DNA of 36,369 bases from Candidatus Hermodarchaeota archaeon (GTDB lineage: Archaea; Asgardarchaeota; Hermodarchaeia; Hermodarchaeales; Hermodarchaeaceae). The stretch lies in assembly GCA_016839805.1 (NCBI GenBank), contig JAEOTO010000010.1, forward strand, positions 1 through 36,369, read 5' to 3'. A program made the position numbers and the translations under genes. The notes under the pieces were generated by a model that saw only the letters and a list, made by a program, of their open reading frames with translations, searched no databases and was not told where the DNA came from. Of the stretch, positions 1 through 8,819 are shown piece by piece; positions within the stretch are counted from its first letter, which is position 1, and each line of letters begins with the position of its first letter.

Positions 1-704
1 AGTTCCTTGCGGCTGATTCGACTGTGGTGAGCTATTTCATCTAGTGTCCGTGGGACCTTACGGAGGCGACAGGCTGCGTAGACGCAGGAAGCAATCATTG
101 CTTCAATACTTCGACCTCGAATGAGGTGATGTTCGATTGCACGACGATAAAGGATAGCTGCTGCTTCTTTGACGGGACGTGGTACGCCTAGTTGACTGGT
201 TAACCGATCCAGTTCACTCATGGCATAAGCGAGATTTCGATCTATGCTGGAATGAACTCGTGTTCGGATTTGCCATTTTCGGAGTCTGTAAATTTGCGCC
301 CGACGACTGGGTGCTAATTTCTTTCCATAGGCGTCGCGGTTCCGCCAGTCAATCATTGTACTAAGACCCTTATCATGTACTGTGTAGGTCATGGGACTTC
401 CAACTCGGCTACGCTTATCACGTTCTTCCGAGGTGAAAGCCCGCCATTCAGGTCCTTGATCAACCATGTGCGCATCTAACACAAGACCACAATTACGACA
501 AATAACTTCACCGCGAGTTGCATCGCGGATCACTTCCTGCCCGCTGCAGTCAGGGCAACGGGTAACTTGATGAGGGGTCTCGTGTGGAGTGGCACGTAGC
601 TTGTCTTCCACAAAAGGAGCTTTTTCAACCATTACTCTTTCGACCTTCTTTCTCCGATGAAGAGGGGACGGGGGCGTGGAGAGAGTCTGCTCTTTTTTGA
701 GCAT
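1..704 (-). CDS. tfb: Transcription initiation factor IIB (TFB), 3' end runs off the window
   Basis: Not in the ORF track (no stop in window). Manual minus-strand translation gives the Zn ribbon CPDC..CRNCGLV, then [22 protein letters not shown] and [12 protein letters not shown]. In-frame ATGs at 704 and 632. Confidence 0.96.
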   Translation of the reverse strand, partial: MLKKEQTLSTPPSPLHRRKKVERVMVEKAPFVEDKLRATPHETPHQVTRCPDCSGQEVIRDATRGEVICRNCGLVLDAHMVDQGPEWRAFTSEERDKRSRVGSPMTYTVHDKGLSTMIDWRNRDAYGKKLAPSRRAQIYRLRKWQIRTRVHSSIDRNLAYAMSELDRLTSQLGVPRPVKEAAAILYRRAIEHHLIRGRSIEAMIASCVYAACRLRKVPRTLDEIAHHSRISRKE

Positions 705-1011
705 CGTCCCAGTCCATTGGTTATTGTTTCAAGCCTTCCTTTCCGTCATCCGCTGGTTGCGACGGAAAGATGTGCTAAGTTTATCTGATTTAGTGGAATT
801 ATTCCCCGCTTGGAATGGCGAAACCTTTATAAGGTTCGCCTGAAGCACTTCGCGTTCTTCGCTTTTAAACCTTTCTTCAAGCATATGTTCAATTATAGTA
901 CTGTTAATGATAGCTTTACACATATTTACGTATTACCCGACTTAAATCTGGTTTTTGTCTTGGTTTTCACGAATTGTGTGTATTGTACCAAAAAATGATA
1001 AAAAATTGGGA

Positions 1012-1998
1012 TTATTTGGTTGTAATTTCTATGCCGTCTTTGGTGACAAGAAAGGTATGTTCTGTTTGAGCAACCCGGCTTCCTTTGATATCTGCAAGTA
1101 CACTATATTGGCGAAAGACATTCTTGGTTGTAAGTTCTCGAAGTCCTAGGGCTAAGCTAAGCTTGGGAATGTGTTTTGCAATATAACGTCGGCTGAAGGG
1201 AAGGGTTTTGAATTCCTTAGCTACCAGACGGACAATGTCTCGAGCGCCACGGTTGCGGAGGGGAGTGCGCGTGGGATTCAGACTGAAGATGTAATGTTGG
1301 CCGGTCTCATGGACGCTGCCAGAACCAGTGGTCGCAAAAGTTTCAAGGGCATAGGCTTCTCCCTCTTCTAATATTGATCCATGAGGGACTGCAATGTTTG
1401 GTAAATTTTTCGAGCCGTGGAGAAGGTACTCATCGAGTTGATGACCACTTAGGTCACGGATTGGGCGATAACCGTACCCCTTTATTGTATCCTCGATAAT
1501 TTTGCCAAGATCTTTGCTATTTGTTTTAGGTCGAATTAGAACTAAGGCTTTGTTAAGAGCTTCTTGACTTGCCTCAACTAGCTTCTCCAATTCAGGATTA
1601 AAGTTGACTGTTCTTGCGGTATCGGCGATGTATCCATCTATATGAACTCCGAGATCAAATTTTACGATATCACCGTCTTGAATTGTGGTGTCGTCTTGTT
1701 CAGGGCTGGAATAATGAGCAGCGACTTCGTTTATGGAAATGTTGGTGGGAAAGGCTATACCGCCACCTAATTCCAGAATTCGCGTTTCGGCAGCTTCGCA
1801 TAGATCATAGGCACGAGCTCCAATTTTGATTTGGGGAAGAATTTCTTCTCGTACCTGTTTTGCAATTTTACCTGCTTGTCGATACTTTTCTTCCGGAGAT
1901 ACGTCTTTTTCACCTTCAGTAGTTTCGGTTGGTTTTGTTTCTTCTGTTGCTTCTTCTGCTGGTTGCTGTTTTTCCTCCGGTGAATCACGTTTTGCCAT
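1012..1998 (-). CDS. map: Methionine aminopeptidase type II
   Basis: AFPTNISINEVAAHYS, KFDLGVHIDGYIADTA, LSGH, ETFAT and QTEHT motifs. Confidence 0.96.
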   Translation of the reverse strand: MAKRDSPEEKQQPAEEATEETKPTETTEGEKDVSPEEKYRQAGKIAKQVREEILPQIKIGARAYDLCEAAETRILELGGGIAFPTNISINEVAAHYSSPEQDDTTIQDGDIVKFDLGVHIDGYIADTARTVNFNPELEKLVEASQEALNKALVLIRPKTNSKDLGKIIEDTIKGYGYRPIRDLSGHQLDEYLLHGSKNLPNIAVPHGSILEEGEAYALETFATTGSGSVHETGQHYIFSLNPTRTPLRNRGARDIVRLVAKEFKTLPFSRRYIAKHIPKLSLALGLRELTTKNVFRQYSVLADIKGSRVAQTEHTFLVTKDGIEITTK

Positions 1999-2056
1999 GG
2001 ATATCTCAGCCTTTTAGGTAGTTCAATCAATTGAGATGAGATTCTTTAAGGTTTCT

Positions 2057-2136
2057 TTGACACTCTCCACAACTGAAGTTGGGAGATTCGTGGACGTCAT
2101 GCACAAACCTCCACGGGGTGTGCCCCCACACTTCTT
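2057..2136 (-). mobile_element. IS200/IS605-family right-end / reRNA-scaffold remnant (non-autonomous)
   Basis: Minus strand reads GAATC-TCCCAAC-TTCA-GTTGTGGA-GAGTG-TCAA, the subterminal hairpin plus TCAA end typical of ISDra2-type right ends. Upstream hairpins CGTGGA..TCCACG and GGGG-CACA-CCCC. The 2136 boundary is uncertain. Confidence 0.6.
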
Positions 2137-2236
2137 GTAGGATTTTCGCTAAATTAAACATCCTTTTCACGATTAACAAATTAACCAGAACAATTTTAGC
2201 TGTTCTTAATCAATTAACCGAACTGGTGTACCCGAT

Positions 2237-2611
2237 TTGTCAGCTACTGCCAAGAATTTACAGGAACTCCTCCGACAAATGGAAAGCACAACACCTGGAA
2301 TTGAGGCAAGTGCCATTGTCACCGCTCAGGGTTTACCAATTGTGGCTGCAATGCCACAAACTATTAATGAGGCAATTGTCGCTGCAATGACTGCGGCTTT
2401 ATTAGGCGTTGCAGAACGGGCGTTAACTGAGCTTCCGCGGGGGAAACTCCAACAAATTACAATTGAAGCAGAAAACGGCTATATCATTCTAAAGGGAGCA
2501 GGACCCAACGCCATTTTGACTTCGTTGGTGAAAAAAAGTGCCAATCTAGGAATGATCTTCTTGGTGATGAAACGTTATAGTAGCCAAATTGAATCCATTC
2601 TCCAGTCATAA
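2237..2611 (+). CDS. Roadblock/LC7 (MglB-like) domain protein
   Basis: GIEASAIVTAQGLPIVA, AAMTAALLGVAER..EL.RG.LQQITIE..NG and NLGMIFL. TTG start with upstream GGTG. Confidence 0.92.
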   Translation: MSATAKNLQELLRQMESTTPGIEASAIVTAQGLPIVAAMPQTINEAIVAAMTAALLGVAERALTELPRGKLQQITIEAENGYIILKGAGPNAILTSLVKKSANLGMIFLVMKRYSSQIESILQS

Positions 2612-2694
2612 ATTGAACTAATTTTCGTTCTTGTTCAAATTTTATTGGATGCAATTTGCACTTTTTGAGTTCTTTTAGAGAGTAATTAGAAGTG

Positions 2695-2768
2695 TTGGCG
2701 GCTCTGGTCCGCCCGTCGGGAACCTCATCTGGTTATCAGTCCCTATTGCTTTTCCTCATCGCCGCCAA
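2695..2768 (-). ncRNA. Box C/D guide sRNA candidate
   Basis: Terminal stem UUGGCGGC/GCCGCCAA; box C (GC)GAUGA; D' CUGA; C' AGAUGA; D-like CAGA. The D guide contains GACGGGCGG, complementary to the universal SSU rRNA motif CCGCCCGUC. Confidence 0.75.
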
Positions 2769-2787
2769 TTAGAAGAGTGATTGGGCG

Positions 2788-3396
2788 TTACTTAAGGTTT
2801 ACGAGAAGAGGTTCTACGACCCGTTGGATTTTTTGTTGCACTTCATTAATTGGTTTTTCCGCGTTAATAATTTGAAACTTTAGCTCTTTTGCTCGGGATA
2901 AAAAGCATTGTCGGACTCGTTCAAGGAACACAGTGTACTCAAATTTCTCTTTGGGCTTAGGTCGATGTTTCCGACTGAGAGCAATTTCGGGAGGAAGATC
3001 GAGGAGGATGGTGAGGTCGGGGGTTAAAGCATATTGATTTAATTGCTTCACCCATTCAATTTCAAGACCAGATGAGGACTGATAGGTGATAGAGGATTCC
3101 ACATAGCGGTCAGTAACAACAATCGTCCCCTGGTCTAAGGCAGGTTGGATTCGATTCACTGTGTGGTCAATTCGATCTGCCGCAAAAAGCAATGCATCAA
3201 TTGCTGGTGGAATTGAGGAGTCGCGTAGTATCTCACGGAGTAATCGTCCAATTCGTTTGTTAGTGGGTTCATGAGTTTGTACGACCTGCAAGCCCTTTGC
3301 CCTAATCCATTTACTTAACAGCCGAGTATGGGTTGTAGTGCCGCTGCCATCAATCCCTTCAAGGGCAATAAATAGTCCCTTCGCCATCTTATTCAC
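2788..3396 (-). CDS. tmk: Thymidylate kinase
   Basis: FIALEGIDGSGTTT P-loop, THEP, LLFAADR, TDRYVESSITYQ and PDLTILLD. The start may be the ATG at 3387. Confidence 0.95.
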   Translation of the reverse strand: MNKMAKGLFIALEGIDGSGTTTHTRLLSKWIRAKGLQVVQTHEPTNKRIGRLLREILRDSSIPPAIDALLFAADRIDHTVNRIQPALDQGTIVVTDRYVESSITYQSSSGLEIEWVKQLNQYALTPDLTILLDLPPEIALSRKHRPKPKEKFEYTVFLERVRQCFLSRAKELKFQIINAEKPINEVQQKIQRVVEPLLVNLK

Positions 3397-3460
3397 ATCA
3401 GTTCCTACTTTGACAGTTATAATCTTTTGATGGTGTTAAGGCTTATCCAATAAAAAGAGA

Positions 3461-4009
3461 ATGCTGGTGAGTGGTATAAGTATGAATGTTCAACCTCTAT
3501 TTGCTTCTTCGGTGTTTTCAATTTCAGCTAGTTGTGAAGTCTATCAAGTACTAAGCTATGATTATGTAGATCTTAATGGCGTCTATCAGGAACTTCTCAA
3601 CAATCAGATAGAGTTTCAGAAAGAGGTGAAAAAGCTTCGTTTGAACATGGCTGAGTTCCTAGCTGCAGAAAATGTATACATTAATGACCAACGAGTGGAC
3701 CAACGGATTCTTCATATGGATATTGGTCTGCGTGGAAGTGCTGATGTTCCTTATTTCCAGTGGGTGATTCATTTTCAAGGCACACCAAGTCCAGGCGAAA
3801 ATTCTTTGAAAAGTGATGTTGAAACTGAGATTGCAGAATACGATATTGAAGTCCTTTATCTTTTCCCCCAGGGAACCCAAATCCTAGATGTAATCACACC
3901 TATGGAAAATGAGGTTCGGGGCTCTTTGTTATTAGTCTGGGCTCGAAAAGGAGATACTGTTGGAGGACATGAAGAGGTGCGGTTCCGGTTTCCTCACGCC
4001 TTAAAGTAA
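3461..4009 (+). CDS. Hypothetical protein (beta-rich)
   Basis: 182-aa ORF with a TATA-like CTTATCCA upstream, filling the gap divergent from tmk. No family recognised; the start may be 3482. Confidence 0.75.
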   Translation: MLVSGISMNVQPLFASSVFSISASCEVYQVLSYDYVDLNGVYQELLNNQIEFQKEVKKLRLNMAEFLAAENVYINDQRVDQRILHMDIGLRGSADVPYFQWVIHFQGTPSPGENSLKSDVETEIAEYDIEVLYLFPQGTQILDVITPMENEVRGSLLLVWARKGDTVGGHEEVRFRFPHALK

Positions 4010-4909
4010 GCGTCCACATGTAAAACAATACTTGCTGCCAGGAGTTATCTTCGCTTGGCAGTGGGAACATTTATTGATACCCTTTTTTGCACTCGTTTTG
4101 GATGGTGCAGGTTCTGGTAGGCGTTCCATGTCAGGTGTGGGGAGAGGTGGAGCGGAACTGCCCAAAAGTGATCGTATTCCAGTGATGACACTTGTCAGTT
4201 TGTTAATTTCTTCATCAATACTTTTGAGTTGTTTTTTCACATCTCGTTTGGATACCTCATCAATGCGTGCTCGAATTTGCAGGGTTTCTCGGTCAAATTC
4301 GAGTTGTTGTTTACGGTTTTCAAGTTGGGCCAGCCAATGGTTTGTTGTAGAAATTTCTGTTTCAAGTTGTTGATTAACATCGGTCAGTTTTGTGCTGTAC
4401 TCACCTGAAAGTCGCTGATATATTGCTTCATCAACTTCTCTGGATTTTCGAAGTTCTTCTAATCGGTGAATTCGACCTTCTTGTACTTCTTTTTCTTGTT
4501 GGAGGCGTTCTAGGGGAGTTAGGGATTTACTTTCCAATTCTTCGATTTCCTTGGTGATAGGTAAGAGTCTTGTCTTCAATTCGTCGAGTTGTTTCTTCGC
4601 TTCTTCTTCTGTTAATTCTCCAACCAACTGCTTGACCTTTATCGTTTCTTGCTCTTCATCGAGGGCAACTTTTTGGGATCGGAGGGTTTCAAGTGTACCT
4701 CTCATTATGAAAGCCGTTTCAACCTGCGCAGGAATTTCTTCTACGGGCTTAGGCTGTTCTGTTTTGGGAATTGTCGTAGTGCTGGTGGCGGGTGTAGGAA
4801 CCACTGATATTTTTTCTTGTGGCTTTCGCAAAGATACTCCGCAATATGAACAGAACCGCGCATTAGGTTTCAGGTTCCGACCACATTCAGGGCATTGGTT
4901 ACTCGACAT
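4001..4909 (-). CDS. Zinc-ribbon / CdvA-like coiled-coil / zinc-ribbon protein
   Basis: N-terminal CPECG..CSYCG and C-terminal CSHC..CFTCG ribbons flank a long coiled coil with LVGELTEEE, SREVDEAIYQRL and RIDEVSKRD repeats, joined by Pro-rich linkers. Confidence 0.8.
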   Translation of the reverse strand: MSSNQCPECGRNLKPNARFCSYCGVSLRKPQEKISVVPTPATSTTTIPKTEQPKPVEEIPAQVETAFIMRGTLETLRSQKVALDEEQETIKVKQLVGELTEEEAKKQLDELKTRLLPITKEIEELESKSLTPLERLQQEKEVQEGRIHRLEELRKSREVDEAIYQRLSGEYSTKLTDVNQQLETEISTTNHWLAQLENRKQQLEFDRETLQIRARIDEVSKRDVKKQLKSIDEEINKLTSVITGIRSLLGSSAPPLPTPDMERLPEPAPSKTSAKKGINKCSHCQAKITPGSKYCFTCGRLL

Positions 4910-4984
4910 TATCCTCAGTCCTATCTGCTAGTTTGTAAAAGCAGGAACGAACTTATAAAGTCAAGGCATCCGGCGAGTGCTCGA

Positions 4985-6274
4985 TTAGATGAACAAGTAT
5001 AACCCAAGGACTTGCAGGATGGTCAAAATTGTAGTGGTGATAAGAGGAACTGCAAGATTATCATCAAGAGGTAGGGGAAGTAATTCAATAAAAGCTGCTA
5101 TGAAAGCACAAAGAAAAGCCGATAGTGGTGAAACAACTAGTAGAAGTACAAAAAAGGCGATGGAGAATCCAATGAGTGTTCCTTCAATCGTTTTTTGGGG
5201 GTTGAAAGGATAATGATGACGCCCAAAGAAAATTCCTCCAATGGTTGAAAACGCATCACCTGTCAGGAATGCAACTACACTAGCGGCTGCAATTAGAGGA
5301 AAAGGAAGAATCGTCCCAAATATCAGGAGCGGTAGCGCAACTCCCACAGCAAAGTAAATTGGAGAAAGAACATAGCGATCAATTTCATCTTCACGCCCAG
5401 CGGCTAACACCATTTTTGAAATAAGAGGAATTTGAATTCCAAAGCTTCTCAACCCTTCTGAAATCACAAAAAGCAACGTTAAACAACTGATTATCAGATA
5501 GATAAGTAGATGCCAAGAGATATTCCATAACCAGAGAAAAGGGATTATTACTGCACTTGCATGAAGCAATTGCCGAATGACTTCTTGCCCTAATCGACGA
5601 GGAACATGAACACGTACTGATGGAGCTGAAATTGCTGGTAACACAGCGCGCAAGTCCGGGGTTTTCACGACAACTCGAACATGTCGCCGAATCACTTGAT
5701 CTGGTCGAAATCCAACCGCTAATTGAGCAAATTGAAACAGTGGTACGTTATTTCGGTCATTAGCAACAGCAACTATCTCATATCCTTCAAGTTGATGTGT
5801 TTTGATCAACTCTTGTAGGGCGTCGACCTTGCTTTGTCCACGGCAATCAAGTGCTGCAATATGCCCAGTGAGTCGACCTTTGTATATTTCAGCTCGTATC
5901 CCAATAGCGAAGTGTGCACCCAGATTTTGAGCTAAACGTGCAACAGCGAAATCAGGTATACCTGAACTAATTAGAACAATGATATGTCCTTGGTTTCGAA
6001 GAAGTTGAAATGTTTGTTTTACTCCGCGAATCAGATGCACCTGATCTGTCATGCGAATTAACCAATCTTTAGGAGCACCCCTAAGCAATCGGTATGCAAA
6101 CCGCATAAAAGATGCAATTTCCATGATTCTCGCTTCATAGAGAATACCAAGCACTCCAAACGCGAAGGCGTTCTTAAGACCGAGCCGAGCAATGACCTGT
6201 GACAACCAAAATCCATTGATAAGAGTACCATCTACATCAAACGCGAGGATACGTCGTTGCTTTGGCTGAGCCAT
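4985..6274 (-). CDS. HAD-IB (SerB-like) phosphatase fused to a CTP-dependent polyprenol/phytol/DAG kinase (SEC59/VTE5/DGK1-like) membrane domain
   Basis: N-terminal FDVDGTL, ISSG and K motif. C-terminal RQLLH, GDAFSTIGG.FFGRH, KTIEGT and LDDNLAVP, with multiple TM helices. Confidence 0.85.
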   Translation of the reverse strand: MAQPKQRRILAFDVDGTLINGFWLSQVIARLGLKNAFAFGVLGILYEARIMEIASFMRFAYRLLRGAPKDWLIRMTDQVHLIRGVKQTFQLLRNQGHIIVLISSGIPDFAVARLAQNLGAHFAIGIRAEIYKGRLTGHIAALDCRGQSKVDALQELIKTHQLEGYEIVAVANDRNNVPLFQFAQLAVGFRPDQVIRRHVRVVVKTPDLRAVLPAISAPSVRVHVPRRLGQEVIRQLLHASAVIIPFLWLWNISWHLLIYLIISCLTLLFVISEGLRSFGIQIPLISKMVLAAGREDEIDRYVLSPIYFAVGVALPLLIFGTILPFPLIAAASVVAFLTGDAFSTIGGIFFGRHHYPFNPQKTIEGTLIGFSIAFFVLLLVVSPLSAFLCAFIAAFIELLPLPLDDNLAVPLITTTILTILQVLGLYLFI

Positions 6275-6396
6275 AATACCTTTTACACTCTGAAGGTCCT
6301 TTTATCGATAGCTACACATTACTCAACATATAGCATTTTCAACAAAGTTTTACACTATCTAACCACAGAAAGGAACAGAATTTGAAGAGGTGTTAG

Positions 6397-6897
6397 TTGA
6401 TGCGGCGTTTTCTGTATGCAGACCCAACAGTGTGTGTGGGCTGTCGAATTTGTGAAGCGATCTGTAGCTTTCATTGGGAAAAAACTCTTAACCCAAAAAA
6501 AGCGCGGATTCGTGTACGACGAGTAGACCCTGGTTTAGATGTTGTCGTAGCTTGCCGCAACTGTGACCAAGCCTGGTGCATTGAAGCGTGTCCAGAGGAA
6601 GCTTTACGTCGGAACCGTCAAGGAATCATCGTAGTAGATTCGAAGAAATGTCGAGGCTGTGGCGCTTGTGTTGAAGCGTGTCCCTTTGGGGCGATCTTCT
6701 TACATCCGGATACGCAGAAAGCCATCAAATGTGTGGCCTGTGGGTTTTGCACGAATTATTGTCCTGTTAATACACTTCGTATTTTGACTGAAGAAGAACT
6801 TGCAGTATTAAAACAGCAGAAGGTCATTCAGCATGAATGTTCTAATCTCTTGGATGAGTTACGTGTTGAACGAGATATTAAGGAGAGGAAATCATGA
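6397..6897 (+). CDS. 4x[4Fe-4S] polyferredoxin subunit (DmsB-like partner of AOR)
   Basis: CVGCRICEAIC, CRNC..CIEACP, CRGCGACVEACP and CVACGFCTNYCP; overlaps the aor start (ATGA). Confidence 0.92.
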   Translation: MMRRFLYADPTVCVGCRICEAICSFHWEKTLNPKKARIRVRRVDPGLDVVVACRNCDQAWCIEACPEEALRRNRQGIIVVDSKKCRGCGACVEACPFGAIFLHPDTQKAIKCVACGFCTNYCPVNTLRILTEEELAVLKQQKVIQHECSNLLDELRVERDIKERKS

Positions 6898-8819
6898 TGG
6901 TACGGAAAGCTAGGTTAGGTGGATATGCAGGGCAACATTTGTACGTTGACATGACTAAGGAACAATGTAAGACCGTTCCAATAGACCGCAAATTTGCAGT
7001 TACGTATCTCGGAGGACAGGGTTTTTCTTCGCGCATCCTCTACGACGAAGTTGGTCCTCAAACGGATCCACTCGGTCCTGAAAATGTCTTGATTTGGGCT
7101 ACTGGACCCTTTACTGGAACTCTCTGGCCTCAAGCATCGCGTTATGTTGTTGGTGCAAAATCTCCGTTGACCGGTATTTTTGGTGAGGCACATGCAGCAG
7201 GTCACTGGGGTCCCGAACTAAAATTTGCTGGCTTTGATACGATCATCATCACTGGACGTGCAAAAAGACCCCTGTATCTGTTAATTGATAACGGCATCGC
7301 GCAGTTACTTGATGCAAAAGATCTGTGGGGTCATAATACAAATGAAACCGAAGAGATGATTAAGGAAGCTCATAATGACCCCAGTCTCCGAGTCTCCTGT
7401 ATTGGTCAGGCGGGTGAGAATCTTGTCCGCTTTGCAGCGATTATTAATGACTATGACCGAGCTGCGGCACGTTCGGGAATCGGGGCTGTAGCTGGGAGTA
7501 AACGTCTCAAAGCTGTTGCTGTTCGTGGTAGTAAGGATATTCCTATCGCGAAACCCGACCGATATCTTGAGGTTATAGAAGAGTTACACAAAAAAATGTT
7601 GGATAGCCCCTTTACGACAAGCCGGGCGCAATACGGAACTACCAATCTTGTTGAATTGATGCAGGAAATCGGACGTCTTCCAAGTTACAATATGCGGTCT
7701 GGCGTTTTCGCTGAATACAAGAAAATAAGTGGAGAAGCCATCAAGGACCATTACCTCGTCAAACCACGTGCCGATTATGCGTGCTTGCAACGATGTGGAA
7801 GATATACGCTTGTAAGAACAGGACCCTATGCCTATTGTGGCGGAAGCCCTGAATACGAATCTCAATCAGCATTGGGAAGTCGTTGTGGCAATGATAACCT
7901 CGAATCCATCTTATATGGACATCATTTGAGTAACTTGTATGGGCTAGATACAATATCCACCGGTTCCACGATCAGTTGGGCCATGGAGGCTTGGGAAGAG
8001 GGACTTATTACCGCAAAAGACACAGGTGGAATTGATTTGGAATGGGGAAATCATGAGTCAATTATTAAACTCATTCATATGATTGCACATCGTGAAGGAT
8101 TTGGAGATATTCTTGCTGAAGGAAGTTATCGGGCAGCAAAGCGCATTGGGCGAGGAACGGAAAAATTCGTGATGCACTGCAAAAAACAAGAAATTGCCGG
8201 TCAGGAACCTCGGGCTCAAAAGTCGATGGGATTAGCCACCGCCACGGCAGCTCGTGGCGCTGATCACCTATACGCATTTCCAGTTTTGGATGAAGTTGGA
8301 TTTGATGAAGAGATAGGCATTCGATATGGTCAGGAATATTTACCTGAGATTGGAGACCGCTTAAACCCCAAGTTTAAAGGTATTATGGTAAAAGAAAACG
8401 AGGATTTCTGCGCTGTGGTTGAATCGCTTGGTGTCTGCAAATATGGAACACTAATTCCACCAGTTCTTTTCTATGAAGATATTGTTGCTGCATTCGAGGT
8501 TACAGTGGGAATTCACCTTACAGAAGCACAGTTCCGTCAAATTGGAGAACGGATTGTAAACCTAAATCGAGGATTTAATGTTCGCGAAGGAATTCGTCGA
8601 AAGGATGATTCGTTACCACGCCGCCTCACCCACATCCCTGCACCTGAAGGTCCCTCCAAAGGTCAAGTGGTCGAATTAGATCAAATGTTAGATGAATACT
8701 ATGAACAGAGAGGATGGCAATTAAAGACGGGATTACCAAAAACACAAACATTACATCGACTGGATCTTGATGACGTGGCAAACGATCTACTTAAACAAGG
8801 GATAAAATTACCTCAGTGA
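6894..8819 (+). CDS. Aldehyde:ferredoxin oxidoreductase (AOR/WOR) family tungstoenzyme, copy 1
   Basis: KSPLTG, WGPELKFAGFD, IGQAGENLV, GSKRLKAV, PEYES, GLDTISTG, RGADHL and YY..RGW. Confidence 0.95.
   Translation: MMVRKARLGGYAGQHLYVDMTKEQCKTVPIDRKFAVTYLGGQGFSSRILYDEVGPQTDPLGPENVLIWATGPFTGTLWPQASRYVVGAKSPLTGIFGEAHAAGHWGPELKFAGFDTIIITGRAKRPLYLLIDNGIAQLLDAKDLWGHNTNETEEMIKEAHNDPSLRVSCIGQAGENLVRFAAIINDYDRAAARSGIGAVAGSKRLKAVAVRGSKDIPIAKPDRYLEVIEELHKKMLDSPFTTSRAQYGTTNLVELMQEIGRLPSYNMRSGVFAEYKKISGEAIKDHYLVKPRADYACLQRCGRYTLVRTGPYAYCGGSPEYESQSALGSRCGNDNLESILYGHHLSNLYGLDTISTGSTISWAMEAWEEGLITAKDTGGIDLEWGNHESIIKLIHMIAHREGFGDILAEGSYRAAKRIGRGTEKFVMHCKKQEIAGQEPRAQKSMGLATATAARGADHLYAFPVLDEVGFDEEIGIRYGQEYLPEIGDRLNPKFKGIMVKENEDFCAVVESLGVCKYGTLIPPVLFYEDIVAAFEVTVGIHLTEAQFRQIGERIVNLNRGFNVREGIRRKDDSLPRRLTHIPAPEGPSKGQVVELDQMLDEYYEQRGWQLKTGLPKTQTLHRLDLDDVANDLLKQGIKLPQ

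Noticed and set aside
729-923. 64-aa ORF in frame with tfb and ending in TGA (possible Sec or read-through extension)
   Set aside because: The region is AT-rich with TATA-like boxes, has no protein-like features and no SECIS seen; it is best read as the tfb promoter/leader.
2684-2775. MITE interpretation (8-bp inverted repeat plus AATTAGAAG direct repeats) or H/ACA RNA (ACA after the stem)
   Set aside because: The direct repeats do not flank the inverted repeat symmetrically, and the ACA-to-pocket distance (~22 nt) is too long. Ordered C/D boxes with an rRNA-complementary guide fit better.
8817-8819. aor TGA as selenocysteine
   Set aside because: The protein is complete, and the TGA is explained by the IS end.
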